A stretch of 64,000 nt of DNA from Octopus sinensis. Lineage: Eukaryota. Location: assembly GCF_006345805.1 (NCBI RefSeq), contig NC_043006.1, positions 104,284,001 through 104,348,000 on the forward strand, in the 5' to 3' direction. Below, piece by piece: positions 37,205 to 50,535 of the stretch. Both the position numbers and the translations under genes were made by a program. The notes under the pieces are model-generated. The model searched no databases and was not told the origin of the DNA. It saw only the letters and a program-made list of their open reading frames with translations. The first letter of the stretch is position 1. Every line of letters starts with the position of its first letter.

Positions 37205-37543
37205 GGGAGCCCCTTCGGTCACGACACTGACCATGGGATTGCACCTAGAAAGTTACCCTCCTAGTCACAAGTCTGGGCAAGGTGGTTTATGGAAGACCAG
37301 CAGTTGCCCATGCATACCGGCCTCCCCTCTCCACGCCACCGATTTTATGCAAGGGAAAGGCAAAGGGGCCGATACAGCTTGGCACCCGTGACATCGCAAC
37401 TCATTTCTACGGCTGAGTTAACTGGAGCAACGTGAAATAAAGTGTCTTGCTCAAGAACACAACACGCAACACGGTCCGGGATTCGAGCTCACAACCTCAC
37501 GATCGTAAGCTCGACGCTCTAACCACTGAGCCATGCGCCTTCA
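37205..37543 (-). mobile_element. SINE family D with 12-bp TSD
   Basis: TSD CACTCTCAGAAC at 37193-37204 and 37544-37555. Confidence 0.9.
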
Positions 37544-37707
37544 CACTCTCAGAACAACACAAAAGATTCATCATCATAATTGTCATCCTGTTCTACTGCT
37601 ACAGGAAGGGCTGAAGCTAACAATTATAGACCTGTTTCCCTCACAATTCCCACATCTAAAATCGTCGAACGCATTGTCCCAAAAAGTATAATTACATTAC
37701 TAACCAA

Positions 37708-38032
37708 CTGGCGCTCCGTCGGTCACGACGACGAGTGTTCCAGCTGATTCGATCAACGGAAGAGCTTACTCGTGAAATTAATACACAAGTGACTAAGTAC
37801 TCCGCAGACAAGTGTACCCTTAATGTAGTTCTCAGGAATATTCAGCGTGACACAGAGTGTGAAGGGGTTGGTCCTTTGAAATACAGGTACTACTCATTTT
37901 TGACAGCCGAGTGGACTGGAGCACCATGAAATAAAGTTTCTTGCTCAAGGACACAACGCGTCATCGCGAATTGAACTCTCGACCTTACGATCGATTGCCG
38001 AATACCCTAACCACTAAACCACGCGTCTTCAC
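37708..38032 (-). mobile_element. SINE: D head + E tail
   Basis: D-type head and core (GTGAAGACGCGTGG..TTGTGTCCTTGAGCAAG) joined to the E tail. Confidence 0.75.
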
Positions 38033-38113
38033 AATAATTGCGTACGTTGAGAAAAAAACTCTATATAGATAGATAGATCGATAGATAGATAGATATTACA
38101 TACATATAAGGGT

Positions 38114-38498
38114 GGAGGCGCAATGGCCCAGTGGTTAGGGAAGCGGACTCGCGGTCATAGGATCGCGGTTTCGATTCCCAGACCGGGCGTTGTGAGTGTT
38201 TATTGAGCGAAAACACCTAAAAGCTCCACGAGGCTCCGGCAGGGGATGGTGGTGATCCCTGCTATACTCTTTCACCACAACTTTCTCTCACTCTTACTTC
38301 CTGTTTCTGTTGTACCTGTATTTCAAGGGGCCGGCCTTGTCACTATCTGTGTCACGCTGAATATCCCCGAGAACTACGTTAAGGGTGCACATGTCTGTGG
38401 AGTGCTCAGCCACTTACACGTTAATTTCACGAGCAGGCTGTTCCGTTGATTCGGATCAACCGGAACGCTCATCGTCGTAACCGACGGAGTGCTTCCAC
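38114..38498 (+). mobile_element. SINE: B head + E tail
   Basis: B head followed by ...GTCGTAACCGACGGAGTGC tail; TSD ACATATAAG at 38102-38110 and 38499-38507. Confidence 0.85.
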
Positions 38499-38609
38499 AC
38501 ATATAAGAGAGATGAAAAGATAGAAAATATAAAGATTTATGATTAATCTTTATATTTTGTATCTTTTCATTTGTCTTGCTCACTTACGTTTTCTTGAGAA
38601 CAATCTTTT

Positions 38610-38789
38610 CTTAGTGATCAGACCATAGGGGGGTCTACTTCTAGCATGATGGATGTCCACTTAGAGGTCATCCCTCTAATATGTATGTAATATAATTTTT
38701 CTGAATCTTCAGATTTTTTAATATGTTAGGCCACTGGTTTTAAATTGATATTAATCAAATTGACATTCAAATTTTCACCCTTATTATTT

Positions 38790-38824
<35 letters not shown>

Positions 38825-39130
38825 AAAAAATGAAGTTTGAAAATGCTGCTATATTAGACACATTTTAATTTTTAACATGTTTCGGTTCTTGAAATGACGA
38901 ACCTTATCAAAAAAAATTATCATGCTATATGTTTAAAGAGTATGATGTAATAGGTCATAATTGTGACATATATTCAATAGAGTCAAATATAAAAAAATTC
39001 ATATATAATAAAGGGAGTCCATGCTATATGTTTAAAGAGCATGATGTAGTAGTTCATAATTGTGACATACATTCAATAAAGTCAAATATAAAAAATTCAT
39101 GTTCTTGAAAAAGCGAGGAGTTCATTTTAG
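38610..39130. repeat. Second copy of the unclassified repeat, with an ~85-bp tandem duplication
   Basis: CATGCTATATGTTTAAAGAG.ATGATGTA...AAAAAATTCAT at about 38921-39000 and 39020-39100. Confidence 0.55.
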
Positions 39131-39309
39131 ATTTACCTTGTGTTCCAATGGGAGCAACAGTAATGATTTTTGGTTGGTGTCTGTTCGTATAGTTTTGGTG
39201 AATTTTGTGATTGTTGGGTTTATATCAGCTCAGCTTAGCTGTGGTCACTTCCACTTTTCACTGACGTCATATAGTTCCAAACCAATCAAAACCCAGTCTC
39301 AACGAATAT

Positions 39310-39650
39310 ATCCTGTTAGGAAACCAACCAAGCGGAACGACAGTTTGGCCACGGAAGAAATACGTCATCATTTTTTTGACGAATCGAAATTAGATCTGAT
39401 CCATGACTGTATCCTGTTAGGTGGCTAGTCCAGCGGAACGACACGTCATCAATGTTTTGACCAATCATCCTGTTAGGTGGCTAGTCCAGCAGAACGAGAC
39501 GTCATCAATGTTTTGACCAATCCTGATTCGTCAAAAAACTGATGACGTATTACCTCAGTGGTCAAGCTATTGGCACCCTGCTTGGTCGGTTTCCCCACAC
39601 GATACAGCTATGGGTCAGACCCGATTCTGATTGGTCAAAACATTGATGCG
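39310..39650. repeat. Foldback/MITE-like structure with internal 56-bp tandem duplication
   Basis: Inverted arms at about 39310-39386 and 39525-39606; direct units 39411-39466 and 39467-39522; an inverted piece at 39629-39648. Confidence 0.7.
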
Positions 39651-39653
39651 CCT

Positions 39654-39654
<1 letters not shown>

Positions 39655-39710
<56 letters not shown>

Positions 39711-39782
39711 GATAGATTGATTGATTGATAGATAGATAGATAGATAGATACTTAGATAGATAGATAGATTGCTTGATTGATT

Positions 39783-39813
<31 letters not shown>

Positions 39814-39826
39814 TGCTTGATTGATT

Positions 39827-39909
<83 letters not shown>

Positions 39910-39922
39910 TGATTGATTGATT

Positions 39923-39970
<48 letters not shown>
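39655..39970 (+). repeat. (CA)n-(TA)n-(GATA/GATT)n compound microsatellite (other (GATA)n tracts at 7490-7592, 8600-8722, 8977-9040)
   Basis: Direct inspection. Confidence 0.95.
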
Positions 39971-39971
<1 letters not shown>

Positions 39972-40528
39972 CTTTGTTCTTCAACAGGAATATTACGCCA
40001 TAAATTAATCTGTTTATTTTTATTACGAGATACGTTGAAGGAACCATTGATGAAGTCCATGCATTGCAGTCTGCTAATGACTGTTTTAAAGCATGCAACA
40101 TCTCGGTCCTCGTTCAATCATTGCTATTTTGAAACAGAAACGAGTCATTTGAGAAAAAACTAGCTAGTAATTACAGCAAGTTGTGCGACATTATTAGTTA
40201 ATTTTTTTGTTTAATTACTGAATGTGAAGGAATGCATAGTTTCTTGCAAGCCCTCGAAGATGAGTGAGCTTGCTTGATTTTAATGTCCCGTTTAAGCTGT
40301 TGCAGACAAACCTGTGTAGGAAATAAAAACAAAAGCAGGGAGAAGAGTCCAGGAGGAAAAAGATGTTTGTGGGAGAACGGAGTGGTGATAAGAATTACTG
40401 CGGCGTTGAAGGGTTAAAATTATAAGGACGACAAGCGGTATAAGGGTGAAAAGGATGAGAGGCACGAGACTAGCCCGCGCCGAGAAATATAAACCTTTAG
40501 AGTGGCTATAGGAAATACAGCGTATCAT

Positions 40529-40870
40529 TGCTGTGACCCCCTTCGGTCATGAATGACCGTGGGATTGCACCTAGAAAGTTACTCTCCCGGGCACAAGTCC
40601 AAGCAAGGTTGTTTATGGAAGACCACCAGTCGCCCATGCATACCGGCCTCCCCTCTCCACGCCACCAGTGTTATCCAAGGGAAAAGCAAAGGGGCAGATA
40701 CAGCATGGCACCTGTGATGTTGCAACTCATTTCTACAGCTGAGTGAACTGGAGCAACGTGAAATAAAGTGTCTTGCTCAAGAACACAACACGCAGCCTGG
40801 TCCGGGATTCGAACTCATAACCTCACGATCGTAAGCTTGACGCTCCAACAACTGAGCCATGCGACTTCAC
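40529..40870 (-). mobile_element. SINE family D with 13-bp TSD
   Basis: TSD TACAGCGTATCAT at 40516-40528 and 40871-40883. Confidence 0.9.
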
Positions 40871-40892
40871 TACAGCGTATCATCTTAACTTA

Positions 40893-42032
40893 CGAGGGAC
40901 GTTCAATAAGTAATGCCTCTGACCCACTTGCAATTGTTTGATCTGGCTGAAATTTTGCATGAGCAATCATTTATATCTCTATAGAGTAAGTGGCAAATTA
41001 CAGCTCTGAATTAATTGATTTACAGGTGTTTGTACCGAGTCAAGTGTGAAATGGAGCCTGTTGAGTGTCGAGCAGTGATCCGGTTTTTGTATTTGAAAGG
41101 ACGCACACCACATTGATGAGGCATCTGTCCGTCAAGTTGAGGCTGCCATTTTGGAAGATCGACGCATAATTATTCGCCAAATAGCCCATGAGGTCAAGAT
41201 TAGTACCGGGTCTCTGGAAACTATCATTCATGACCATTTGCATATGCAAAAGGTGTCTGCCAGATGGATTCCCAGGTTGCTCACGCCTTTCCAGAAGCAA
41301 GAACGCATCGAGTGCTCGAATGAATTTGGAGATGTGCCAAGAAGATGAGTCAAAATTTTTCAAAAGACTGATTACACAGGATGAAACCTGGGTCCATCAC
41401 GATGATCCAGAGACCAAAGCCCAGTCAATGCAGTGGAAGCACCGTGACTCACCCCCTCCAAAGAAGACAAGGGTGCAGCCCTCCGCTGGCAAGGTCATGC
41501 TCACAGTCTTCTGGACCAGGACGGAGTAGTGATGACAGATTTCCTGGCAAAGGGTACCACAATTGCAGGAGCCTATTATGCTTCACTTTTGAGGAAATTA
41601 AGAGAAGTTATCAAAATCAAGAGGCGGGGCAAGATCAGCAAAGGCATCCTCCTCCTGCAGGACAACGCTCCGGTCCACAACTCGCTTGTCGCCAGATCAG
41701 AAGCACAGGCGTATGGCTATGAACTCCTCCCCATCCCCCCCACTTTCCTGACCTTGCACCCTCTGATTTTCACCTCTTCCCAATCATGCAGTTGTTTTTG
41801 AAAGGAAAGCGTTTCCCAGATGATGCAGCCTTGATTTCTGAAGTCACGTTGAGGTTGGAGGACCAAGCTGGGGTCTTCTACAAAAACGGTCTCCAGAGCC
41901 GCATCAAACGATGGGAGAAATGCGTAACTCTGTGTGGTTCCTATGTAGAAAAAGACTAATAACTGTGCCAAGTGTCGTTGCTCTACTGCTATGGGAAGTG
42001 GGTCAGGGGCATTACTTATTGAACGCCCCTCG
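40893..42032 (+). mobile_element. Mariner transposon with both TIRs, transposase pseudogene
   Basis: TIRs CGAGGGACGTTCAATAAGTAATGCC / GGCATTACTTATTGAACGCCCCTCG; TA TSD at 40891-40892 and 42033-42034. Peptides ARWIPRLL, ITQDETWVHH, LLQDNAPVH, DLAPSDFHLF; frameshifted. Confidence 0.95.
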
Positions 42033-42372
42033 TAAATATAGTATTACTCAGAGTACAGCAAAATAAGTTGCAGAATTATTAGTAGAAACTACATAGACAC
42101 GGAGCTTCGACATCGTTGCTGGACTTGCTAGAAACTGTAGTCGAATTTATTTTCAATGTCGCATTGTCTTAAAAAGGGAAAGAGATACCGAAGAATATTA
42201 TTGTAGATACACAATGTCTTCATTTATAAAAAAAAAAAAAAAACTAAAAACATGATAGCATCTGAAACATCTTGGCTTACCTTTGGCTAACGCGGGAACG
42301 AGGAACAACATAAGCAATGAAGTCAATATGCAAACGGGACACTTATATTCTTGATACGGTAACAAACCTTTC

Positions 42373-42801
42373 GGATCTTTTCCGTTTGAACGGCAGTTTT
42401 TAACATAATTTCTAGGTAACTAAAAAATTTTCGACTTCGTATACTGGTAGAATGTGTTTATAAAACATCTTTTTCTCTTGGCTTTACTGAGAAAATTCTA
42501 TAGTTTGTAAGATATTTGTTGTTTTTTTCTTCAATTTCTGCAATTTCAACCAATCAATGACGTCTATTGAGGTAAAAAAAACATTCTGTGCCGTATGAAT
42601 ACGTCCCTCGTTTAAGAAACAGATTGGATTTATTTACATTTGTGAACAAAAAAAGATACCCTTCCCCCCACCCCTAACCCTAACCCTAACCCTAACCCTA
42701 AAACATTGAAATGCAATAGATCGATACTAGGGTCATAATTATGGGTGACAATTTCATATGGCACCGCTAGAAAAAAACTGCCGTTCAAACCGAAAAGATC
42801 C
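42373..42801 (-). mobile_element. Same MITE, copy 2
   Basis: Exact 8-bp TSD AACCTTTC at 42365-42372 and 42802-42809; (CCCTAA)5 at 42672-42701. Confidence 0.92.
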
Positions 42802-43703
42802 AACCTTTCTACTAAAGGCACAAAGCCGACCTCGAGAGTATAAAAAGGAGAGGTGATCTCGGCGGAATTTGAACTCAAAAAGTAATTCTGGAAAAATAGC
42901 CGCGCAGGATTTTTGTGTGACTGCTTACAACTCTGCCAGCACGCTGCCTTCTTGATGAAGCAATAATACATTTTTATTTAGAAAAGAAGATAAATATTTA
43001 TAAAATATAAACATATTTTCATGGAATAAAAAAAAAAATTGATAAATAAATAACTAAAAAACAAAGCAGAAATGTTTCATTGACTTGCCTCAGGAATGAG
43101 GAAAAAATGACCTTGATGACAAAATCTCATGTTGTAGAAGAATATCGGCAGTGTTATAGATCTTCTAACCTTCTTATCTAAGCACACACAAAATATTCAT
43201 TTCTATAGTCAGACACAATGAGCTCAGCATTTACAAATAACTAGATTTCACCAGACTAGAAAGAAAAATAAATGTAGAAGCGGAAGTTTTCGATGCAAAG
43301 ATGAACAAATAAAATAAAATATATAAAAAAAATACCTCAATTCCTGATCATTGTAGTTGGAATTGACTATTGCTAAGGATAGTAAAAGACTAGAAAATGA
43401 CGTGGAATTACCAACCCGAAACACACCTCTTCCAATAACAAGAACATAAAAAAAGTATGTGATAGTGTTCAGATGTCACGAACTCAGGAAATATAAAGCA
43501 GGAATACATGTGTGGCTTTGTTATAATGTAGGAATTCATTAGTGTTGTCTAAACAAAGATCGGTAGCAGATTACGAAGTCAGGTAAAGCAACAGAGAAAT
43601 TGCTTGCAGTGTTTCGTTTCCTTGTTCCGTATCTGCACGTTCAGAGGTCAAATCAAGATGAGGTTTATTTATCTTTTAATCCTTCCGGTATTGATAAAAA
43701 ATA

Positions 43704-44180
43704 TGACGGGGTGTTGAAAAGTTCCTGGCTTTAAAGGTATCGCGAAAGTCCTGGCTGGGGTCCCAACCGTACAAGTTCTTTTACAGGGCTTAGAAAAACT
43801 GAAGGACCGCTGCAATAAGTGTGTGAATCTGAGAGGGGAATATGTTGAATAAACTCATAATTAACTGATACTCCAGTAACTATTCAGGACCCCTCGTGTA
43901 TCTATTTATATAGATGAGGGGGTGGTCCTGAAATGTTGCTGGTTTAAGGGTCTAGCGAAAGGCCTAGTTGGAGTCCCAGACTTCCGAGTTCTTTTACAGG
44001 TCTTAGAAAGCTGCAATAAGTGTGTGAATATGAGAAGGGAATAGGGCGAATAAAATCATAACTATCTTAATACTCCTTTTCAGCACCCTGAGAGGAGAAT
44101 ATATTCAATAAAATCATAATTAACTGATCCTTCTGCATTTTCTTTTACCCAAAGCCAGGAACTTTTCAATATCTCCCTGT
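43704..44180 (+). mobile_element. Two tandem short non-autonomous mariner-type MITEs (a third partial copy at about 54221-54315)
   Basis: Mariner-like ends GGGGTGTTGAAAAGTTCCTGGCT and AGCCAGGAACTTTTCA / CCCCTCGT, TA flanks, shared ~190-bp body. Confidence 0.75.
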
Positions 44181-45831
44181 AATTTCTCACGGTAATTACC
44201 TGGAATAAGCGGCGAATTGGCAGAGTCACTACGGCATTAAATAAACTTCGCGACATATGTTTCTGATATTCACCGAGATCTTCTTTTCTTTTGGTGGTTT
44301 ATAAAGAAAGCAACATTCCAACGTAGTGGATTTGCGGAACTAAGAATGTCGGACCAGACACGTTACGGTATTTATTCTGGTCTGTTCGGCTTGATTTCAA
44401 ATTTCACCATGTGAGATGGACTTCATCTGCCGTCAGGCCCGACACCAGATATTAGTGCCCGCGGATGCGTCAGAACATTGTGGGTGGGCACTGATTTATA
44501 TTGCGGGAATAGTTTTGTAAATTGTATTTTCTAAAAGTGAGGGTGCACCATTGAACAGTAAGGGGGGAGTGCCGTCCAATGCACCTCCTTAGCGACGGGC
44601 ATGTCTATCGTCTGATTTAGCAACACTGTCTAGCAACTTGAAGGCTTTTAGTTGCAAGTACGTGGGCCACATCTCCAGCTTAAAAATATCTTCTTCACAC
44701 TAGTCCGGGGGCTCTAGGAAGGGACAAACCATTCTTTTTATTCTAACGAAATTATTTTTTTTAAATGTTGAGGAATGTATTTAATAGTTCTTGTTCACGA
44801 GAAGATTATATTTTGTCAAAGATAATTGTTGCTTCAGAAACAAAGTGAATACATAAAGCCATGAAAATGTTAGAAACTGGTAGTTTTCAGAACTACACGT
44901 AAATGTCGTTGCCCTGGTTTAATTAAAACCAAACTATAAATGAGTTTTCTTGCTTGTCTTCGTTCGTATTTTCCACATCAGTGGTTCTCAACCATTTTTA
45001 GCCAGTTGACGTCTTTCACTCCTATTTTACTCAACTGGGCTTCCATTGTCATTTGTTGAGTATGTAAAAAAAAAATCCTACTATATTTTCATAGCTAGAT
45101 ATTATTAAGAATTGTTAAGGCGGCGTGCTAACAGAATCGTTTGAACAGTGGGAAAATGCTTAGCGGCATTTCGTCCGACTTTACTTTCTGAGCTCAAATT
45201 CTACTGAAGCCGACTTTGCTGAGGTCACTGAGCAGTTCAGAGACTACAACTAAATTCAGACCACGACAGAAAGATAGGATGTTCTTGAAGCCGAGGATTT
45301 TAAACTCACGGAGACAATATTTATATATCACTTGAAGAAACACAACTAGATCTCATACTGCAGGGAAACTTTTGCTTAATCAAGTACTTGCACACCTGGA
45401 GAACTACGTTGCGTGTAAACAACTGTAGTGATTAAAAAAATAAATGTCCAACCGTACCCCTTCTTGTTGTCCCCAACTCTTTCAATTATCTACTCATACA
45501 CGACAGATACCCAAACGCTAGTGAAAAAATATGCATATATATAACTGATTTTTCCCACTCTTCTCAAAAATATTTGGTTTGTACATATGGCAAGAATCAA
45601 TTTCAAATCACTGTTATCAGTTCAAATCCAGCATATCTTTTATCTTTTACATGTTTCAGTCATTGGCTTGCGGCCATACTGGGACACCGTCTTGAATAGA
45701 TTAGTCGAACAAATCGACGCCAGTATTGTTTATTTCAAGTTTGTTCCTTATCCTATCGTTCTTTTTTGATGCACCGACTGCTAAATTGCGCGAGTATGAC
45801 CACTGATTGTGAAGCGGTGGACAGTGACAAA

Positions 45832-45875
<44 letters not shown>

Positions 45876-47649
45876 TACATATATACATACATGCATACAT
45901 ATATATATATATATGTGCACAAAGGCTTCCATACCGTTTCCGTCTACTCACAAGTTATTAGTCTGCCCCAAGTTATAATAGAAGACATTTACTCAAGGTG
46001 CCACGTATGGGGTTGACCCCGAAACCGTGTGACTACAAAGTGAGCTTCTTAACGATACAGCCGTGCCTTCGCCTACCCAGCCATGGCCACACCAATGCAG
46101 CCATGTTTGTGCAAACACAGCCATACCTGCGCCTAATTTAATTTCACGTCTGAAATCTTCCTAAGGCCGTCAAAGCCAAATAGTAGTCAAGTCCTGAGAA
46201 AAACGTAACCTGCTTTACAACTGTCCCCACTCTGCCACACCCCGGGAATGCGTGAAGTTGTACTGATATTATAAATATTTAACGTTTATGAGTTTTATCT
46301 TTCATCTTTGTGAGGTCGATGAAATTAAAGCATTCAATTATTGAGGTTTATCAAATCGACTAGAGCCTTCTCGCCAACTCGAGTCGTTTATGGCTGTGTC
46401 GAGAAATCATTATATCGACAGACAAGTGTAAAAGTATACAGGTATAAAGTTAAATAAGATAGAATCGATCTATATTACATTCGTTCTAAACGAATGTAAT
46501 ATAGATATAACAACCGAAAACATCATTTTAGCAGATCATTATAAAGAAGGCAATAAAAATTGGCTTCGTGATTTTCTACAGTATTTGCAAGTAAAATGGA
46601 CGACAAAATGGTGATTTGTTGAGCATGTTATAAAACCAGGCCATATTCGTTTTCCAAGAAGTATTGGCTAAACACGAACAAGTATTTTGATGTTTTATTA
46701 CTGGATAAAGTATAATGGCACTCACCACGCCACAAAAGAAGATTGCCAAAGGATTTTTCATCGAAATATCGGCTTATTACGTTCCTAACTGGCTACCATA
46801 AATTGATCTATAAACGTTGATAGAACTCTGTAAGATTGGTAAATTTGCAGGGGATAATCAGCCGATGTCTAATGAAAGCATTAATATGTATGACATATAA
46901 ACACAAAGGAAGACCGGTTCCATTCTGTGTACGCCGTTCAATTATACTTTATCCTAACGTCTAAGAGTACTTGACGAAAACAACCGATCAAAAACAAAGA
47001 AAAAAAAAAATAATCATACTTCACAGTGTATTAAAATCTGTTCTTCAAATGTAATGGCATAAATAGAGTTCATTTTTTTTCTCCCCAGAACAATAATGAG
47101 GTAATGATTTCAACATGAAAACGACAGTAATTGTCAACTTTAATAGAATAAGAACTATCTAGTCACACGCGAATAACGTCGACTTGTACTGTGTTTTGTG
47201 AGAGTAAGTTAGTTACTAAACAAGAAGGTATTCAAAGGAGTACAAACGATGAAATATTAACAGCTGAAACGAAGATTTTCTTTCATGGACACCAAATCAA
47301 ATTCTATATTGCAAATGGGTAAGAACTCATTGCACCATTAAAGACTGTCTTATATTTTGATAATGACATTAAAATATCGTTTGTCTTTGATTAAATAGTT
47401 GTCCAAAGCAGGTGTAACTGACTCCGATATGAATAAACGTATTAACACGAAAATTTACCAAGAAATTGGCAAATACATTCGATTTGATTCTGCACACTTC
47501 GTTCCACTCTAGATTAAAGTAAGCATTTCCCAAAAAGTAAAAGGTTTCGAAAAAGAATCGGTTACCAGAATGCAGGAAGAGGGCTTGGTTTTATTTTCTG
47601 AAGCTTGTAATTTTTTTAAAATATTTTCATAAACAAAATACTATCTGAT

Positions 47650-48565
47650 ATATGTATGTAGGTATGTATGTATGTATGTATGTATGTATGTATGTATGTA
47701 TGTATGTATGTATGAATGTATGTATGTATGTGTGTATGTGTGTATGTATGTATGTATGTATGTATGTATGTATGTATGTATGTATGTGTGTATGTATGTA
47801 TGTATGTATGTGTGTATGTATGTATGTATGTATGTATGTGTGTATGATGTATGTATGTATGTATGTATGTATGTATGTGTGTATGTATGTGTGTATGTGT
47901 GTATGTATGTATGTATGTATGTATGTATGTATGTATGTATGTATGCGTGTATGTATGTATGTATGTATGTATGTATGTATGTATGTATGTGTGTATGTAT
48001 GTATGTATGTGGTATGTGGTATGTATGTATGTATGTATGTATGTATGTATGTATGGGTATGTATGTGTGTATGGTGTATGTATGTAGTATGTATGTATGT
48101 ATGTATGTATGTATGTATGTGTATGTATGTATGTATGTATGTATGTATGTATGTATGTATGTGTGTATGTATGTATGTATGTGTGTATGTGTGTATGTAT
48201 GTATGTGTGTATGTATGTATGTATGTATGTTGTATGTATGTATGTAGTATGCATGTATGTATGTATGTATGTATGTATGTATGTATGTATGTATGTGGTG
48301 TATGTATGTATGTATGTGTATGTGTGTATGTATGTATGTATTATGCATGTATGTATGTATGCATGTATGTATGTATGTATGTATGTATGTATGTATGATT
48401 TATTTATGTATGTATGTATGTATGATGTATGTATGTATGCATGTATGCATGTATGTATGTATGTATGTATGTATGTATGTATGTATGAATGTATGTATGT
48501 ATGTATGTATGTATGTATGAATGTATGTATGTATGTATGTATGTATGAATGTATGTATGTATGTA
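47650..48565 (+). repeat. (TATG)n tetranucleotide array, ~0.9 kb
   Basis: Direct inspection; explains the MYVC/HTYI ORFs. Confidence 0.95.
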
Positions 48566-48694
48566 GTCAAACTGGAAAATTGAACTTTAAAAAAAACAAA
48601 GAAAAAGCGGACGTGCACAAGGAATGTATTCGTTTGACGCTCGGTAAAAGGAGAGAGCTTTTGACACTTTGAGTGAGTGACGTATGTGTGTGTG

Positions 48695-48726
<32 letters not shown>

Positions 48727-49098
48727 GAGAGAGAGAGGCAGACAGACGGACAGAAGACAGAGAGATTGTGTGTGTCTATCTTCTGTGCAAACCCCTCTTT
48801 CATTTGTATATTACTATTGTTGTATCTCAATCGCAACCTCACTGCTGAATTTCTGTCTTACAAGGGCCCTGCCCCTCTTTCTATTCTTCGTAGAAATCCT
48901 TGCTTTCTTTCAAGTTTCTCTTTCTCACGCTTTCCAATTCTTTTATCTTTCATTGCCTTTTGTTCCTTTCTACATCCGCCCCTCTAATACTACCAACATT
49001 TCCTTCTTGCTTTTGGTGCTTTTAGCTCCTCTTCACATCCCTACTCACCGTTACTCTAATCTTTTTATCTTCTTTTACATTGACTCTGTACTTCTATT

Positions 49099-49520
49099 GG
49101 ATCCTTTCGGTTTGAACGGCAGTTTTTTCTAGCGGTGTCATATGAAATTGTCACCCATAATTATGACCCTAGTATCGATCTATTGCATTTCAATCTGTTT
49201 TAGGGTTAGGGTTAGGGTTAGGGGTGGGGGAAGTATATCTTTTTTTCTTCACAAACGTAAATAAACCCAATCTGTTTCTTAAACGAGGGACATATTCATA
49301 CGGCACAGAATGTTTTCACCTCAATAGACGTCATTGTTTGGTTGAAATTGCAGAAATTGAAGAAAAAAAACAACAAATATCTTACAAACTATAGAATTTT
49401 CTCAATAAAGCCAAGAGAAAAAGATGTTTTATAAACACATTCTACCAGTATACGAAGTTTAAAAGTGTTTAGTTACGTGGAAATTATTTTAAAAAACTGC
49501 CTGTCAAACCGAAAAGATTC
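49099..49520 (+). mobile_element. Same MITE, copy 3
   Basis: Exact 8-bp TSD CTTCTATT at 49091-49098 and 49521-49528; (TTAGGG)4 at 49200-49223 followed by GTGGGGG. Confidence 0.92.
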
Positions 49521-50535
49521 CTTCTATTTATCAACACCGCTTACTTCACATTGCCTACATCTTCCTCTGTCCTCCATTCGAAATTGTTTTCTGTCCTTCT
49601 TTGTTTTTTTTTAAAGTAATTTAAATTCATTTAAGCGTGAAGTCAACTTTTTCGGGGCTGCGAGTCCAGATTTCGCTCCCTACGAAATGTAATTATTTCT
49701 TTTATTACCCATTCACGCTTTAATAAAATACAAATATATGTTTAAGAGAAACCCAAAAATATTGTTTTAAATAGAATTGCTATTGTTAGGCATCAGAAAT
49801 ATGCAAATGGTTTTACGGATGTGAACACTTAGAATCCAATTCGTGTGTAAGAAGATACGGAGATGTAAACGCAAACAACGGATCGAGAGAAAAGAGAAAC
49901 AGGAAGAATAGAGACAGTAAGAGCAGCTGTGTCAGGTATTTCAAGTGTGTACAGGAATCTGAGCCCATCTTTTCGAGATTCAGGTTTTCATTAATGAAAA
50001 CATGATACTCTTAAGAGAAAATTCATACCGTTTCTATACCCTTCAGTGCAATAAAGCTGAAGTTATGATGAGTGGAGAGTCGCATGATGAAAAAAAAATA
50101 TCGTTTAAAATTGCAAAGACAACACTTTCAAAAAATATTTGACACAAATCTTATGAAGGCTGCAATGTTTTTTTCTTTTTTAGTCAAATTAGGAAATGGC
50201 CGTTACTTTGGAAATACATCAAGCCGGATCAAATTCTTCGTAATCTATCTTGTGAACAGACTTCTATGCCTATCGATTTATGGGTCATAGATTTTATATT
50301 CAATCATTTGCATCGAAGACTAACTCTCTACAACCAGTTTTTAATTTTGTTATATGAGAGATTGTGCTACGTTAGAATTGAACCAAAAATGAGCAGTGAT
50401 TGACTTTTATATGCATTTGTAAGAAGTAATTAGATCTTATATGCATTTATGAGATGTAATTAGAAGAGAAACTGGTCTGTTTTGCATTCTTTTATCGAAT
50501 TTTAGTGGTAGCCCCTCAATACATGCACAAATATA

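Noticed and set aside
42672-42701. (CCCTAA)5 as a sign of chromosome end or fusion
   Set aside because: It lies inside a TIR/TSD-bounded MITE present three times in the window.
47616-48672. Many long ORFs (MYVC.../HTYI...)
   Set aside because: Translations of a (TATG)n array with no unique coding sequence. The same applies to the (TA)n, (CA)n, (GATA)n, (TTA)n and (CTT)n ORFs throughout the track.
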